NCBI RefSeq assembly: GCF_963921235.1
Contig: NC_086118.1
Coordinates: 20,524,001-20,588,000, forward strand
DNA length: 64,000 bases
Source of the DNA: Mobula hypostoma
Taxonomy: Eukaryota
Direction of reading: 5' to 3'
The position numbers were made by a program, and so were the translations under genes. The notes below the pieces were generated by a model that was not told where the DNA came from, made no database searches, and was given only the letters and a program-made list of their open reading frames with translations. Positions 1 through 12,927 of the stretch are shown here, in pieces. Numbering within the stretch: the stretch's first letter is position 1; each line of letters begins with the position of its first letter.

Positions 1-964
1 ACTATCTGCAGCACATTCAGGCACCGTACTTTATATTAAAACTTTTAAACATTTCAAGTACATGCTATCTAGTATTAGACTTCTCAACCTTTGGAGAAGA
101 AAGATGCTGGTTATCTATACCTCTCAACCTTGTAAATTTCTGTCAGGTCTCCCATCAGCCTCCACTGCTTTGGAGAAACAACTCAAGTTTTTCCTTCTCT
201 CTAAGTATATACTTTCCAGTCCAGGCAGCAATCTGGTAAACATTTTCTGCATCCTAAAGCATCCACATCCTTCCTGTTTTCAGGGTGCAATACTCCTAAT
301 TGAATCACTTATTTATGGGGACAACATCTTCATCTCTACTTTCATGATCACCTTCATCACCTCAAGCTCAAGCTAGGAAGACATGACCTGCTTCAAAATC
401 ATACTGACTGCCTTTTATTTAGGCCATATTTTTTCAAATCCTATTCCCAAGTATCTGCTCTAATACCTTCTTGCCAATTCTCCATGACTTGTGACTAGAC
501 GGGCTAAAGATCTTGGTCAAGACCCAATAGTAAAAATAATTATTTCTTGCTTCTCAATAAATGGATATATGGTTCTATAAGAGTCTCAACACTACCTCCA
601 TCTTTACTGTTTTATATTCTAAGGGCTTTGTTGAATTTTGGCTTCCAAAACCTTGCATTTGCATCTTTTCTTCTGGACTAAATTCACCACCTTTGTCATC
701 CACAATACTATCCTTATATTTTTCCTTCTGACTATAACATATCAAATGTGTGCAGTTTGTCTTTAAACAACCCTACAGGTATCAGAGGTGGCAGTTCCCA
801 ACAACAGATTCTAAAGCATCTAAAATATTCAGGAAACTTAATTGGAAAAATTGTACTTCAGGCATGATGATAAAACTCATTACAATCTTTGCTTTGACTA
901 AATCTATTCAGGTTAACAGCACACAAATTTAATTAGTAACAAGTATTGAAGGTGACATTGACCT

Positions 965-970
965 TTTATT
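965..970 (-). terminator. Candidate polyadenylation signal of WDR45B (3' UTR of about 1.75 kb)
   Basis: AATAAA on the minus strand followed by T/GT-rich sequence; a second AATAAA lies at 1895-1900. No transcript evidence is available. Confidence 0.5.
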
Positions 971-2718
971 AAGGCAGTGAAATAGCAAATTATACACAAA
1001 TGATGAAACATTAATACATGAAAAATTTAATAAACATTTTTAGTAAAAAGTGGATGTAAGAGTTTTCATTAACAGAATTTTACATGCACACAGACTTATA
1101 TACATTTTACTTGATTTTAATTTATAATTTCAGATTTGAAAGGTGCTTATAAAACACTGGTTAGTATTAAAGATATGTGCATTATTAAAGTTATCCTTGA
1201 ACTCATTATGCAAGTCCCATTCATTAGCTGTACAATATCAGAGAAAGAGTGGCCTTGTAAAAGCTAGAGTGAAAGATGCTAACCATATATTGACAATACT
1301 AGCTCAATAGAATTTCAAATTAATCTTCCTTGTTTATGGGAAGCATTTTCTTAAGCCCAAGGTGAATTTTTCAAAATGTCTACATGCAGTTGTCCTATTG
1401 CAATTTTAAACTGAGGTATAATGCTGCATGTCAGATTTTAAAATAAGTTGCAGTAGTGTAACATTGCTTTAATGGTATGTCAGTTACATTTGTCTTGTCT
1501 ATCAAATCAATACTCATTTCTAAATATAAACCACATCACTGTAATATATCCTTAGTCTATATCAGTCTGGTTTAACAGCAGATTTGAAAGTTTCATTTAA
1601 GTCTGGTCTGACAGTTTCTATAGAGAACTCATCCCCAGTGATTCTTGCCTTCAAAGAGCCAACCTTCTTTCAAAAATCATATCTGGTTAAGACAAATTGC
1701 ACTAATTTAACCTGGTTAGTTTTTAAATCCAAACCATATATAAAATTATATCTAAGTGAATTTTGTGATTTCACAATTACAGCAATCAAATGAAAGCTGT
1801 CAGTTGTGGGGGGGAGAGAGGAGATGAAGGAAGATGACAAGGGAAATAATATGAACCATCTTTAACAATTCCATATTACACAGCTGTTTAATAGTTTATT
1901 CTGCAACATCTGATTGTTTTTCACATTTCAGTGTATAGAATGCTTTCTACCTAGATGCCAGATTGTTGGATAGAGACAAGTGTACCGGTGAAGCTTATTT
2001 CAGTCCCCATTACATCCAGACAAAAGACACATTTCCATTAAACAAACACTTCCAAAATTGATCAGAAAAGTAGAGTTTGCATTAAGGTTTTACAGCTGAA
2101 TGTCTTCTGTGTTCATGTAACAAACACGACTAAAAATTTGGCATCCAGTTCAAAGTAAACAGCAGTTTAACTTTATGGATGTAATACCATACAAATCTAT
2201 TCCAGTACCTCATCAAGTCAACAGTTCAGCTGTTTAATGTTGTGCATGTTCAATTTAACCATTTCACACTCAATGACTACATTCATTAGAATGAAAACTG
2301 ACTAACTTTCAGGAAATTGTTTATCAAGAACACACACAACAGACAAGAAAAATTAGCAGGAACAGCATACAGTGTGGAACCTGCTTTCAAATGTCATACT
2401 GTAAACATCCAGATAAAAGAGTTTAAGCAGGCACAATTAGTTCTGCATTTAATATAAAAGTCTGAAGACTTGGTAACTGCCACTGGTCACCAAATTTAGT
2501 TTCTATTGACACTAGAGGATTTTCTTTCAACCCAGAAAGATTATAGAACAGGAAAATGGCAGAAATAATATGGAAGCATCAGGATGCTGCTTATCCAGTG
2601 GTCCATTCAGAGGTTAATTTTCCTCAGTTTAACCAATGTTTAGTCACGTAACTCTCATCTTGAGATAGCTAAAACAGCAACTCATCTGTTTTTAATTTTT
2701 GTAATTATATCCTTTACA

Positions 2719-2825
2719 TCATATCTTATCATCAGTCATTTCCAGGAATTGCGCATACACATCCCGGGTGCATTCACCTTTGGTGTTGAATAAAAATTTG
2801 TAATAGCTGCCATCAGCACAAATTG
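2719..2825 (-). CDS. WDR45B: WDR45B coding exon 10 (107 nt including TGA)
   Basis: [35 protein letters not shown]; the ten exons sum to 1035 nt = 344 aa plus stop in one open frame. Confidence 0.97.
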
Positions 2826-4880
2826 CTGCAATGAAACAGAGACCAGTTTTAGTGCAGTAATGTTTTAACACTTGAAATATTTAAAATTACTTTATCCTTT
2901 CTCATTAAATAGAAAATATTCAGATGACTTAATTTCTACAAACTTTTTAATATGCAAACTTTGAATAGATTAGGTGTACAATGTGTACACAAGTTAGTAG
3001 TAAAATTATACACTATTCAACAACATTGAATTTGGAAATAAGACTGAAAAAAGAAAATGAGGAAACATATATAATGTTTTCTCTAAGCCCTCATAATTCT
3101 AAGATTTATGATCAGCTTTTCATTTGTCACATACATCAACAGTGGCATGTGGCAAACAAAACCAGCAAAGATCATGTTAAGCTGCCCAATGTCACAATAT
3201 TCCCAGGACCAACATAGCATACCCACAACTCACTAATATACATTCAAAACTTAAGATGGAGAATAAATAGTTGTTTGCATAATTATCCAGAGTACAGTTG
3301 ATGTTTCAGGCTGAGTCTCAGGGTACCAAAATGTCAACTATACCCTTTTCCACAGATGCTGAGTTCCTCCAGCATATTGTGTGTGTTGCTTGGATTTCCA
3401 GCATCTGCAGATTTTCTCTTGTTCGTGAATTAATGCCATGTAGGTTATGCCTCAATACAACGTAGATGTCTAGTATTTTCCTGAAACTAAACCCTTTTGG
3501 AAAGAATAAAGATTTCTTCTGTTCAAAACCAAAATTTTCAATCTCAGATCCTCCATGTAGAGTGGTTATCCAGATCTACTTATGCTTTATTGATGCACTC
3601 AACACAGTGGGGTAGAGGGATTTCAATAAAAGGAATTTACCTCAAGGTTGGATTTGCCTTTTTAGTGTGCTATACAATGCTGTAGTGGTGTACAACCAGA
3701 ATCATGCACTGAACCAACACAATGGGGTTTCAGCTTAAGCTCTCAACTACAACTTGTGTCATGATCTTTAGGCTACATATCACTTAAAGAATTTTTCCTC
3801 ATGTTAGCCACAGAATAGCTGCTGCTATGCAGACAAAAACAGGGAATTATATGATAATCCTCAGTGTGCATGGTTGTGTCCTGTTCAAGTCCTGTGCTAG
3901 TCTAAACAAGATAATAAGGCAGTGACTGCACCAGAAAGCTATAATGTGAACATAATATTTTAAGAATTAATGTTAATGAAGTTTCAGATCTTGAGTTATG
4001 AAGATAAGCAAGGCATTCTTGGCAGAATGCAGAGAAATTAAGTGACATTGAATGCATGAATACTTGAAGATAATTTATTGAGATAGCAGGAAGAACATGG
4101 AGCACATAGCTTGGGCCTTAAGTAGATAAAGAATTTTGGGGTAGATAACAAAACCGAGGTGAACAGAGCTGGAGCCAATTCTATAATGGGCATGATTTCA
4201 TTTGGCAATGACCACCAGCACAAACTGATCGATAAATGGAAAATAAGAACTGGAAGAATCCCATTAACACATTCATTCACAACCAGGAACAGTCAGCAGC
4301 CACACTGCACCCAAGTCTACATTTAATGTAGATCTGATTCACTTGTTAAAAGCTTGCCTACCTCAACCTTGAAAATACTCAATAGTCCACATCTACCATC
4401 CTTGGAAACAATAGAGGCTATGTGGGAGGGAAGGGTTAGATTTATCTTTAAGTAGCTTAAAAGATTGCCACAACATTGTGGGTCAAAAAGCTTGTACTGT
4501 TCTGTTCCATTAGCCATTTGACTCCAAAATGAGTAATTTTTTTTAAGCCTGCTTCAAAGTTCCAGAGTCTCCTAAATTGGAAATACCCTCTCAACACACA
4601 CGCCATGATCCTTAAATAATAATTCAATCAAGTGTTTTCCCATTCTTCTGAACAAGGAAGCCTGTCCAACCTTATTTAAAACAACCTGGCCATTCCAGAT
4701 ATTAGTTTAGTAAATGGTCTCTGACCTGCTTTCAATATATTAGCATCGCTACATAAAGAGACAAAAGACTGCATATAATAATCCAAATGTGCTATGCATA
4801 ATCCATGTACCTGTATATACAATTCTCTACATATGCATTTCAATATCTACAGGCTGTGACTAGAGGAAAATGAAGCTTAC

Positions 4881-5002
4881 CTACAACAGCATTTGTCTCA
4901 GCACCGAAGGCACAGATACAAGGTGACCCAGAAGGAACCTGAAACTTGGAAAAGCTCCACTTAGAACTGAAGTACTTTGGAAGGAAACTTGCTGATGCCA
5001 AA
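4881..5002 (-). CDS. WDR45B: WDR45B coding exon 9 (122 nt)
   Basis: [41 protein letters not shown]; cAG acceptor, GTAAGC donor. Confidence 0.97.
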
Positions 5003-5935
5003 CTGCAAATACAGGGAGTGGGTGGGGTGTAGAAAGAGAAGAATGAAGGAAGAAATTAGTAGCGCTTTTTTTTTTAAATGACTATTATAATTTAAGGCAC
5101 CATCTCAAAAGTTATTCAGATTCAGAATTTGCAAAATGCACAACTTTCAATTTAAGTTCTCTAACAAACAGGATCCAAAATGAATCCCTCAGAACTGTAA
5201 TTGTCAAGTAAAAAAAGTAATGTTTAGTCTTAGTTCAGAATGCTTTTTTCCAGTCAATATTTTTGGCAGCAAACGTCAAATTTATCCTTAAAAGGAGTAT
5301 GGAGCAAGCTAATCAGAATGATGTATTAGGGTTAAATGAGAGAGACTGGTATGTCACCATCCACCCCAACAGCTTCCAATGCGCCTGAACCTTCAAGTCA
5401 CTTGCGAACGCAAGGTCAGCAAGGCAAGGGCTGGCCACTGTACCTCCGTACATGTGACAATAACAAACCAATTCCAGTTAGAATAAGAGTACATTACTTA
5501 AAACTTTGATTTAGTCAACCCAACTTTCACAATTCAAAAGAATAAAAATATATTTTAAGTGATTATAGAAGCCATTAAATGAGTATGTGAAATAAAGAAA
5601 CTCAATGAATAAATTGAAAATATCAAAACAGATCATTGGTTATTATGGTAATATATCATGAAATATGAAGTCAGCAAATGATGAGAAAGTTCGTATTATC
5701 TTACTGTATAGAAGATTAAAAGCAGTTTCTATTCCAATATTACTAGTCAAATTGCTTTGAGCAAATTGAATACAGTATTCCAAATTGGGCAACATGGTCA
5801 CTTGCAATTCTAAAATCATAATTCACAATAGTTTCCCCAGTAAAACCAAACTGGTAGATCATGCTATACAAATTGGTATAGAAGGTATTTCATAATTAAC
5901 ACAAATCAAGCATTTTAAAATCTTATCTAATTTAC

Positions 5936-6037
5936 CTAGATTGTTTGTTTCTTTTGGGATCCTCCGCAGCAAAAATATGAACAGTCCCGTGATCACTTGA
6001 TACACAGATTAAAGAAGCATCTTGATTAAAATTAATG
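5936..6037 (-). CDS. WDR45B: WDR45B coding exon 8 (102 nt)
   Basis: [34 protein letters not shown]; cAG acceptor, GTAAAT donor. Confidence 0.97.
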
Positions 6038-7828
6038 CTGCAAGACAAAATGCTCATTATTGAAAGAAGCATGGACAAAATGCATCAGTTTTCCCCCCCA
6101 ATCTCCTCACCCAAAGTCTTTATATAGTTTGTAAGCAGCAAAATTGTAATTTTGGTATTGAACAGCAAGCATGGAGGGGGAGGCGCAAAGCACCAGAGGG
6201 AAGTGGAATAATTCCAGTCCTACTTACATGGTAGGCACTAACATACAAAGAATGAGCCTCTTCAGCCTACACCAGCATTTAATAAAATCTGACTGTAACC
6301 TCGACTCCACATTTATATTTACCCACAGTAACCTTTGTCCCCTTTCATCGTTAAGTATTTACCCGCTTTAAAGTATTCAATGACTACGCTTCCGCTGCTT
6401 TGGAGGAAAGAGGATATGAAAGAAATGTTGTCCCAGTTTAAATGGACACAATTTGGATCATAATCCAAATGACTACTCTGTAATTGTTAGAAGGTACTAG
6501 TCATATGATTTTGATTCTACAAATTGAAAAATATTGTACAGCTACATTAAATGGTACAGCCAGAAACTTCATCTACATTGCATTTTTAAAAGGACACTTA
6601 AGCTTTATAAAATAATAGCAAATCATTTTATGTTGCCCTCTGCAGCTTCTAAACATTTGTCATATTAAACCATTAATGTTGCAACAATCACAAAATACTG
6701 TACAAGCACTGTACATTCCCACCCCTATGGATGCTGCCTGGCCTGCTGAGTCCCTCCAGCATTTTGTGTACGCGTTGCTTGGATTTCCAGCATCTAGATT
6801 TTCTCATTTGTGAATGTTGCAACAATATACAGTAAAACCTCAGGATGTTCAGGATTTGTGCCGCTGGACTGTTAGATTTTCCTTTCTACCAGATACTATT
6901 CTACCATACAGTTCTGATTCACTTTTCTTAAGGAATTATTATACTAGTCCTTCCTGGTAACCCAGCAAGACAGATGCCAAACAATCAGCATTCTGTTTAG
7001 TCAAGTGGAACAAAGAGTTACCGTTCTGTTATATATTAAATACTGTTGTTGCTCAAATATATGCAAGAAAATAAAGTTTAAATTTAAAGCAATTGGTTAT
7101 ATTTAACAAAAAAAGTGTGCAATATCCAATATATTACAAGTTCTGATCAAATGCAATGTGAGACAACATTCCTGAATACAATACACTATACATTTGAGGT
7201 TTCCTTCAAAATAATTAAGAAATGCAAAGAATTTCAGATGTGGCCCTTATGGAGAATAGTTTCAACATGTAGTATGAAATGGTAAAATAAAAGAATTAAC
7301 AATTGCCTGAAGGCCACGTCTAAAAACATGATGATTTAGAGGAAACTCTTTAAAAATTAGTCTTACATGAACATTTCCCTACTGGGTTATAGGAAATTAC
7401 AAGGAACTACCTAGATCAGCAATAATTAAATTATAATACTAAAAAGATCTTAACATCTTACAACTAGATGTGTCTACAATGTCATCCTTTAATAGAAACA
7501 AAATGCTGTATGTTTGCACCAGGTTCCAAATATGCTTGATGTCAGGCTCAATCAGTGTGAAATTGACTACTTTTTAATCAAAACCACCAAAGCTTCTGCC
7601 TTTGTTCCATCAAGACTCCCAACCAATATTTATTCCTCAATGCAAACACTGGTTGCATGGACAACAGGAATTCTGCAGATGCTGGAAATTCAAGCTGTTA
7701 CTGGTTTCCTGGAACTTGCTTTTCTCAAATTGACTGCCTCATTTCCTTACATTAACAGAGCATTTAGACATAAATGCATCTTGTTCCTAAGAATCATCTT
7801 GCACTGTCAGTTGAAAATCAAGAGTTTA

Positions 7829-7894
7829 CAGTACTGTGCAAAAGTCTTAGGCACATTTATATAGCTAAGGTGCCTAAAACTTTTGCACAGTATT
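7829..7894. mobile_element. Tiny MITE-like element with Tc1-type terminal inverted repeats
   Basis: TA followed by CAGTACTGTGCAAAAGTCTTAGGCAC, a short spacer, then GTGCCTAAAACTTTTGCACAGTATT (near-perfect inverse). Confidence 0.6.
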
Positions 7895-8612
7895 TTTAAC
7901 TATTGCACTGTCCTGCTATCACAAAATAAACAACTTTCCTGATAAGTGTGAGTGATTATAAACATGATTCTGATATGGGTCTCTATTGTGAACAGAGTTG
8001 GGGGGGGGAGAAGAGAAAGAGGGAAGGAGAGGGAATCATGGTTGGGAAAAGGGGGAAGAGGGGAGGGAGTGGGAAGCACCAGAAAGACATTCTGTAATGA
8101 CATGCAATAAATCAACTGTTTGGAATCAAATCACGCCTTTGCATAGTATTGTATTTCCTAATATCTCTTGCTATGAGCAGCACCTATAACACGTAGAGTG
8201 CTTTAGAACTACATAAAGATTTTATAATGAACTGATTTTTTTTGTCATTTTAGATTGAGGAAAAAATTCAGTAGGGCTCCGCGTCAAGAGGACATAGTCG
8301 ACAGGATGGAACATTGGAAGCGCGAGTCATTATAATAATTGGATTTCAGAATCTAATTGAGAAATAAAAACATTCCAAATGCTTCCGGTCTGTGTGCTTA
8401 TGTCAATGATTCATCGTTCAGTAACACTTTCAACAATAGTATTGGAAAAGAATCACACAGATTGTTTTTGTTCTGTTGAGTAACCACCAGGAATTCTATC
8501 GAAATAGAATAACTTTGCAGCTCACAAATAAACTACATTCTTAACACACAGAAGCAAATACAATAACCAATGCTGAAAGATATTAGTGCAAGCAGCAGAG
8601 TTTTGTACGTAC

Positions 8613-8698
8613 CAATAAATGTTTGCTGCTTGTGACCCCCTTCTCAACTCTTGGATGAGCTGTCCTGTCGTAGTGTCAAAAACTCGAATCAAGGTTCC
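8613..8698 (-). CDS. WDR45B: WDR45B coding exon 7 (86 nt), includes the LRRG phosphoinositide-binding motif
   Basis: [28 protein letters not shown]; cAG acceptor, GTACGT donor; LRRG is the WIPI3/4 form of the PROPPIN FRRG motif. Confidence 0.97.
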
Positions 8699-8986
8699 CT
8701 GTGACAATAGCATTTTGTTTTAAACTACACATGTATTCAATGGTATCATTTATAAAATAGATAAGCACAGATTTAATTCATTTTCTACAACTGGCTTTAG
8801 TTTTTAAAAAGTTCAAGTCACTCTTACCAGTTAATTGCTACTCAATTGAAAATAGTAGGCAATATTACTCCTATTAAATACAGTGCCTATAAAAACATAG
8901 AAACATAGAAAATAGGTGCAGGAGTAGGCCATTCGGCCCTTCGAGCCTGCACCGCCATTTATTATGATCATGGTTGATCATCCAAC

Positions 8987-11986
8987 TCAGAACCCAGCCT
9001 TCCCTCCATACCCCCTGACCCCTGTAGCCACAAGGGCCATATCTAACTTCCTTTTAAACATAACTAATGAACTGGCCTCAACAGTTTGCTGTGGCAGAGA
9101 ATTCCACAGATTCACCACTCTCTGTGTGAAGAAGTTTTTCCTAACCTCGGTCCTAAAAGGCTTCCCCTCTATCCTCAAACTGTGACCCCTCGTTCTAGAC
9201 CTCCCCAACATCGGGAACAATCTTCCCGCATCTAGCCTGTCCAATCCCTTTAGGATCTTATACGTTTCAATCAGATCCCCCCTCAATCTTCTAAATTCCA
9301 ACGAGTACAAGCCCAGTTCATCCAGTCTTTCTTCCTATGAAAGACCTGCCATCCCAGGAATCAATCTGGTGAACCTTCTTTGTACTCCCTCTATGGCAAA
9401 GATGTCTTTCCTCAGATTAGGGGACCAAAACTGCACACAATACTCCAGGTGTGGTCTCACCAAGGCCTTGTACAACTGCAGTAGTACCTCCCTGCTCCTG
9501 TACTCAAATCCTCTCGCTATAAATGCCAGCATACCGTTCGCCTTTTTCACCGCCTGCTGTACCTGCATGCCCACTTTCAATGACTGGTGTATAATGACAC
9601 CCAGGTCTCGTTGCACCTCCCCTTTTCCTAATCGGCCACCATTCAGATAATAATCTGTTTTCCTATTTTTGCCACCAAAGTGGATAACTTCACATTTATC
9701 CACATTAAATTGCATCTGCCATGAGTTTGCCCACTCACCCAACCTATCCAAGTCACCCTGCATCCTCTTAGCATCCTCCTCACTGCTAACACTGCCACCC
9801 AGCTTTGTGTCATCCGCAAACTTGGAGATGCTGCATTTAATTCCCTCATCCAAGTCATTAATATATATTGTAAACAACTGGGGTCCCAGCACTGAGCCTT
9901 GCGGTACCCCACTAGTCACCGCCTGCCATTCTGAAAAGGTCCCGTTTATTCCCACTCTTTGCTTCCTGTCTGCTAACCAATTCTCCACCCACACCAATAC
10001 CTTACCCCCAATACCGTGTGCTTTAAGTTTGCACACTAATCTCCTGTGTGGGACCTTGTCAAAAGCCTTTTGAAAATCCAAATATACCACATCCACTGGT
10101 TCTCCCCTATCCACTCTACTAGTTACATCCTCAAAAAATTCTATGAGATTCGTCAGACATGATTTTCCTTTCACAAATCCATGCTGACTTTGTCCGATCA
10201 TTTCACCGCTTTCCAAATGTGCTGTTATCACATCCTTGATAACTGACTCCAGCAGTTTCCCCACCACCGACGTTAGGCTAACCGGCCTATAATTCCCCGG
10301 TTTCTCTCTCCCTCCTTTTTTAAAAAGTGGGGTTACATTAGCCACCCTCCAATCCTCAGGAACTAGTCCAGAATCTAACGAGTTTTGAAAAATTATCACT
10401 AATGCATCCACTATTTCTTGGGCCACTTCCTTAAGCACTCTGGGATGCAGACCATCTGGCCCCGGGGATTTATCTGCCTTCAATCCCTTCAATTTACCTA
10501 ACACCACTTCCCTACTAACATGTATTTCGCTCAGTTCCTCCATATCACTGGACCCTCTGTCCCTTACTATTTCTGGAAGATTATTTATGTCCTCCTTAGT
10601 GAAGACAGAACCAAAGTAATTATTCAATTGGTCTGCCATGTCCTTGCTCCCCATAATCAATTCACCTGTTTCTGTTTGCAGGGGACCTACATTTGTCTTT
10701 ATCAGTCTTTTCCTTTTTACATATCTATAAAAGCTTTTACAGTCCGTTTTTATGTTCTCTGCCAGTTTTCTCTCATAATCTTTTTTCCCCTTCCTAATTA
10801 AGCCCTTTGTCCTCCTCTGCTGAACTCTGAATTTCTCCCAGTCCTCAGGTGAGCCACTTTCTCTGGCTAATTTGTATGCTACTTCTTTGGAATTGATACT
10901 ATCCCTAATTTCTCTTGTCAGCCACGGGTGCACTACCTTCCTTGATTTATTCTTTTGCCAAACTGGGATGAACAATTGTTGTAGTTCATCCATGCAACCT
11001 TTAAATGCCTGCCATTGCATATCCACCGTCAATCCTTGAAGTGTCATTTGCCAGTCTATCTTAGCTAATTCACGTCTCATACCTTCAAAGTTACCCCTCT
11101 TTAAGTTCAGAACCTTTGTTTCTGAATTAACTACGTCACTCTCCATGTTAATGAAGAATTCCACCATATTATGGTCACTCTTACCCAAGGGGCCTCTCAC
11201 AACAAGATCGCTAATTAACCCTTCCTCATTGCTCAAAACCCAGTCCAGAATAGCCTGCTCTCTAGTCGGTTCCTCGACATGTTGGTTCAAAAAACCATCC
11301 CGCATACATTCCAAGAAATCCCCTTCCTCAGCACCTTTACCAATTTGGTTCACCCAGTCTACATGTAGATTGAAGTCACCCATTATAACTGCTGTTCCTT
11401 TATTGCACACATTTCTAATTTCCTGTTTAATACCATCTCCGACCTCACTACTACTGTTAGGTGGCCTGTACACAACTCCCACCAGCGTCTTCTGCCCCTT
11501 AGTGTTACGCAGCTCTACCCATATCGATTCCACATCTTCCCGGCTTATGTCCTTCCTTTCTATTGCGTTAATCTCTTTTTTAACCAGCAACGCCACCCCA
11601 CCTCCCCTTCCTTCATGTCTATCCCTCCTGAATATTGAATATCCCTGAACGTTGAGCTCCCATCCCTGGTCACCCTGGAGCCATGTCTCTGTGATCCCAA
11701 CTATATCATAATCATTAATAACAATCTGCACTTTCAATTCATCCACCTTATTACGAATGCTCCTTGCATTGACACATAAAGCCTTCAGGCGCTCTTTTAC
11801 AACTCTCTTAGCCCTTTTTAATGCTTGCCCTGGATTTGTCGGCCTGCCACTTTTACTTTTCCCCTTTGTACTTTTTGCTTCTACGCTCACTTTACACCCC
11901 TCTGTCTCTCTGCACTGGTTCCCATCCCTCTGTTGTGAACTAACCTCCTCACACCTAGCCGCTTTAATTTGATTCCCACCCCCCAA
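8987..11986 (-). CDS. CR1 ORF2: APE endonuclease plus reverse transcriptase, with one in-frame TAG at 9335-9337
   Basis: ITETW, GDFN and SDHN endonuclease motifs; GVPQGSVLGP and FADD RT motifs; frame continues past the TAG as EERLDELGLYSLEFRRLRGDL. Confidence 0.92.
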
Positions 11987-11991
11987 CCATT

Positions 11992-12927
11992 CTAGTTTAA
12001 AGTCACCTCAGTAGCCCCCGCTAATCTCCCTGCCAGGATATTGGTCCCCCTAGGATTTAAGTGTAACCCGTCCTTTTTGTACAGGTCACACCTGCGCCAA
12101 AAGAGGTCCCAATGATCCAAAAACTTGAATCCCTGCCCCCTGCTCCAATCCCTCAGCCACGCATTTATCCTCCACCTCATCGCATTCCTACTCTCACTGT
12201 CACGTGGCACAGGCAGTAATCCCGAGATTACTACCTTTGCGGTCCTTTTTCTCAACTCCCTTCCTAGCTCCCTATATTCTTCTTTCAGGACCTCATCCCT
12301 TTTCCTACCTATGTCATTGGTACCTATATGTACCAGGACCTCTGGCTCTTCACCCTCCCACTTCAGGATATCTTGGACACGATCAGAAATATCCCGGACC
12401 CTGGCACCAGGGAGGCAAACTACCATCCGAGTCTCTGGACTGCGTCCACAGAATCGCCTATCTGACCCCCTTACTATCGAGTCCCCTATCACAACTGCCC
12501 TCCTCTTCCTTTCCCTACCCTTCTGAGCTACAGGGCCAGACTCTGTGCCGGAGGCAGGGCCACTGTCGCTTCCCCCGGGTAAGCTGTCCCCCCCAACAGT
12601 ACTCAAACAGGAGTACCTGTTGTTAAGGGGCACAGCCGCCGGGGTACTCCCCATCACCTGCCTTTTCCCCTTCCCCCTCCTAACCGTGACCCACTTGTCT
12701 GCCTCCCGTGGCCCCGGCGTGACCACCTGCCTTCCACTCCTCTCTATCACCTCCTCGCTCTCCCTGACCAGATGAAGGTCATCGAGCTGCAGCTCCAGTT
12801 CCGTAACACGGTCCCTTAGGAGCTGCATCTCGATGCACTTGGCGCAGATGTAGACGTCCGGGAGGCTTGGAGACTCCAGGGCCTCCCACATCCGACACCG
12901 AGAACAGCAAACTGCCCTCACAGTCAT
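11992..12927 (-). CDS. CR1 ORF1: Cys zinc finger, coiled coil and SGNH/GDSL esterase domain
   Basis: First ATG at 12927; CSRC...CAKC; ELELQL coil; GDSIVRG, HIGTND and DGLH esterase blocks; uninterrupted. Confidence 0.9.
   Translation of the reverse strand: MTVRAVCCSRCRMWEALESPSLPDVYICAKCIEMQLLRDRVTELELQLDDLHLVRESEEVIERSGRQVVTPGPREADKWVTVRRGKGKRQVMGSTPAAVPLNNRYSCLSTVGGDSLPGGSDSGPASGTESGPVAQKGRERKRRAVVIGDSIVRGSDRRFCGRSPETRMVVCLPGARVRDISDRVQDILKWEGEEPEVLVHIGTNDIGRKRDEVLKEEYRELGRELRKRTAKVVISGLLPVPRDSESRNAMRWRINAWLRDWSRGQGFKFLDHWDLFWRRCDLYKKDGLHLNPRGTNILAGRLAGATEVTLN

Noticed and set aside
62..376. 104-aa ORF at the window start
   Set aside because: Sequence resembles the antisense of a decayed CR1 3' region; no splice or domain support.
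9369..12775. Numerous plus-strand ORFs of 70-170 aa
   Set aside because: Antisense shadows of CR1 ORF1/ORF2 with no independent protein signature.
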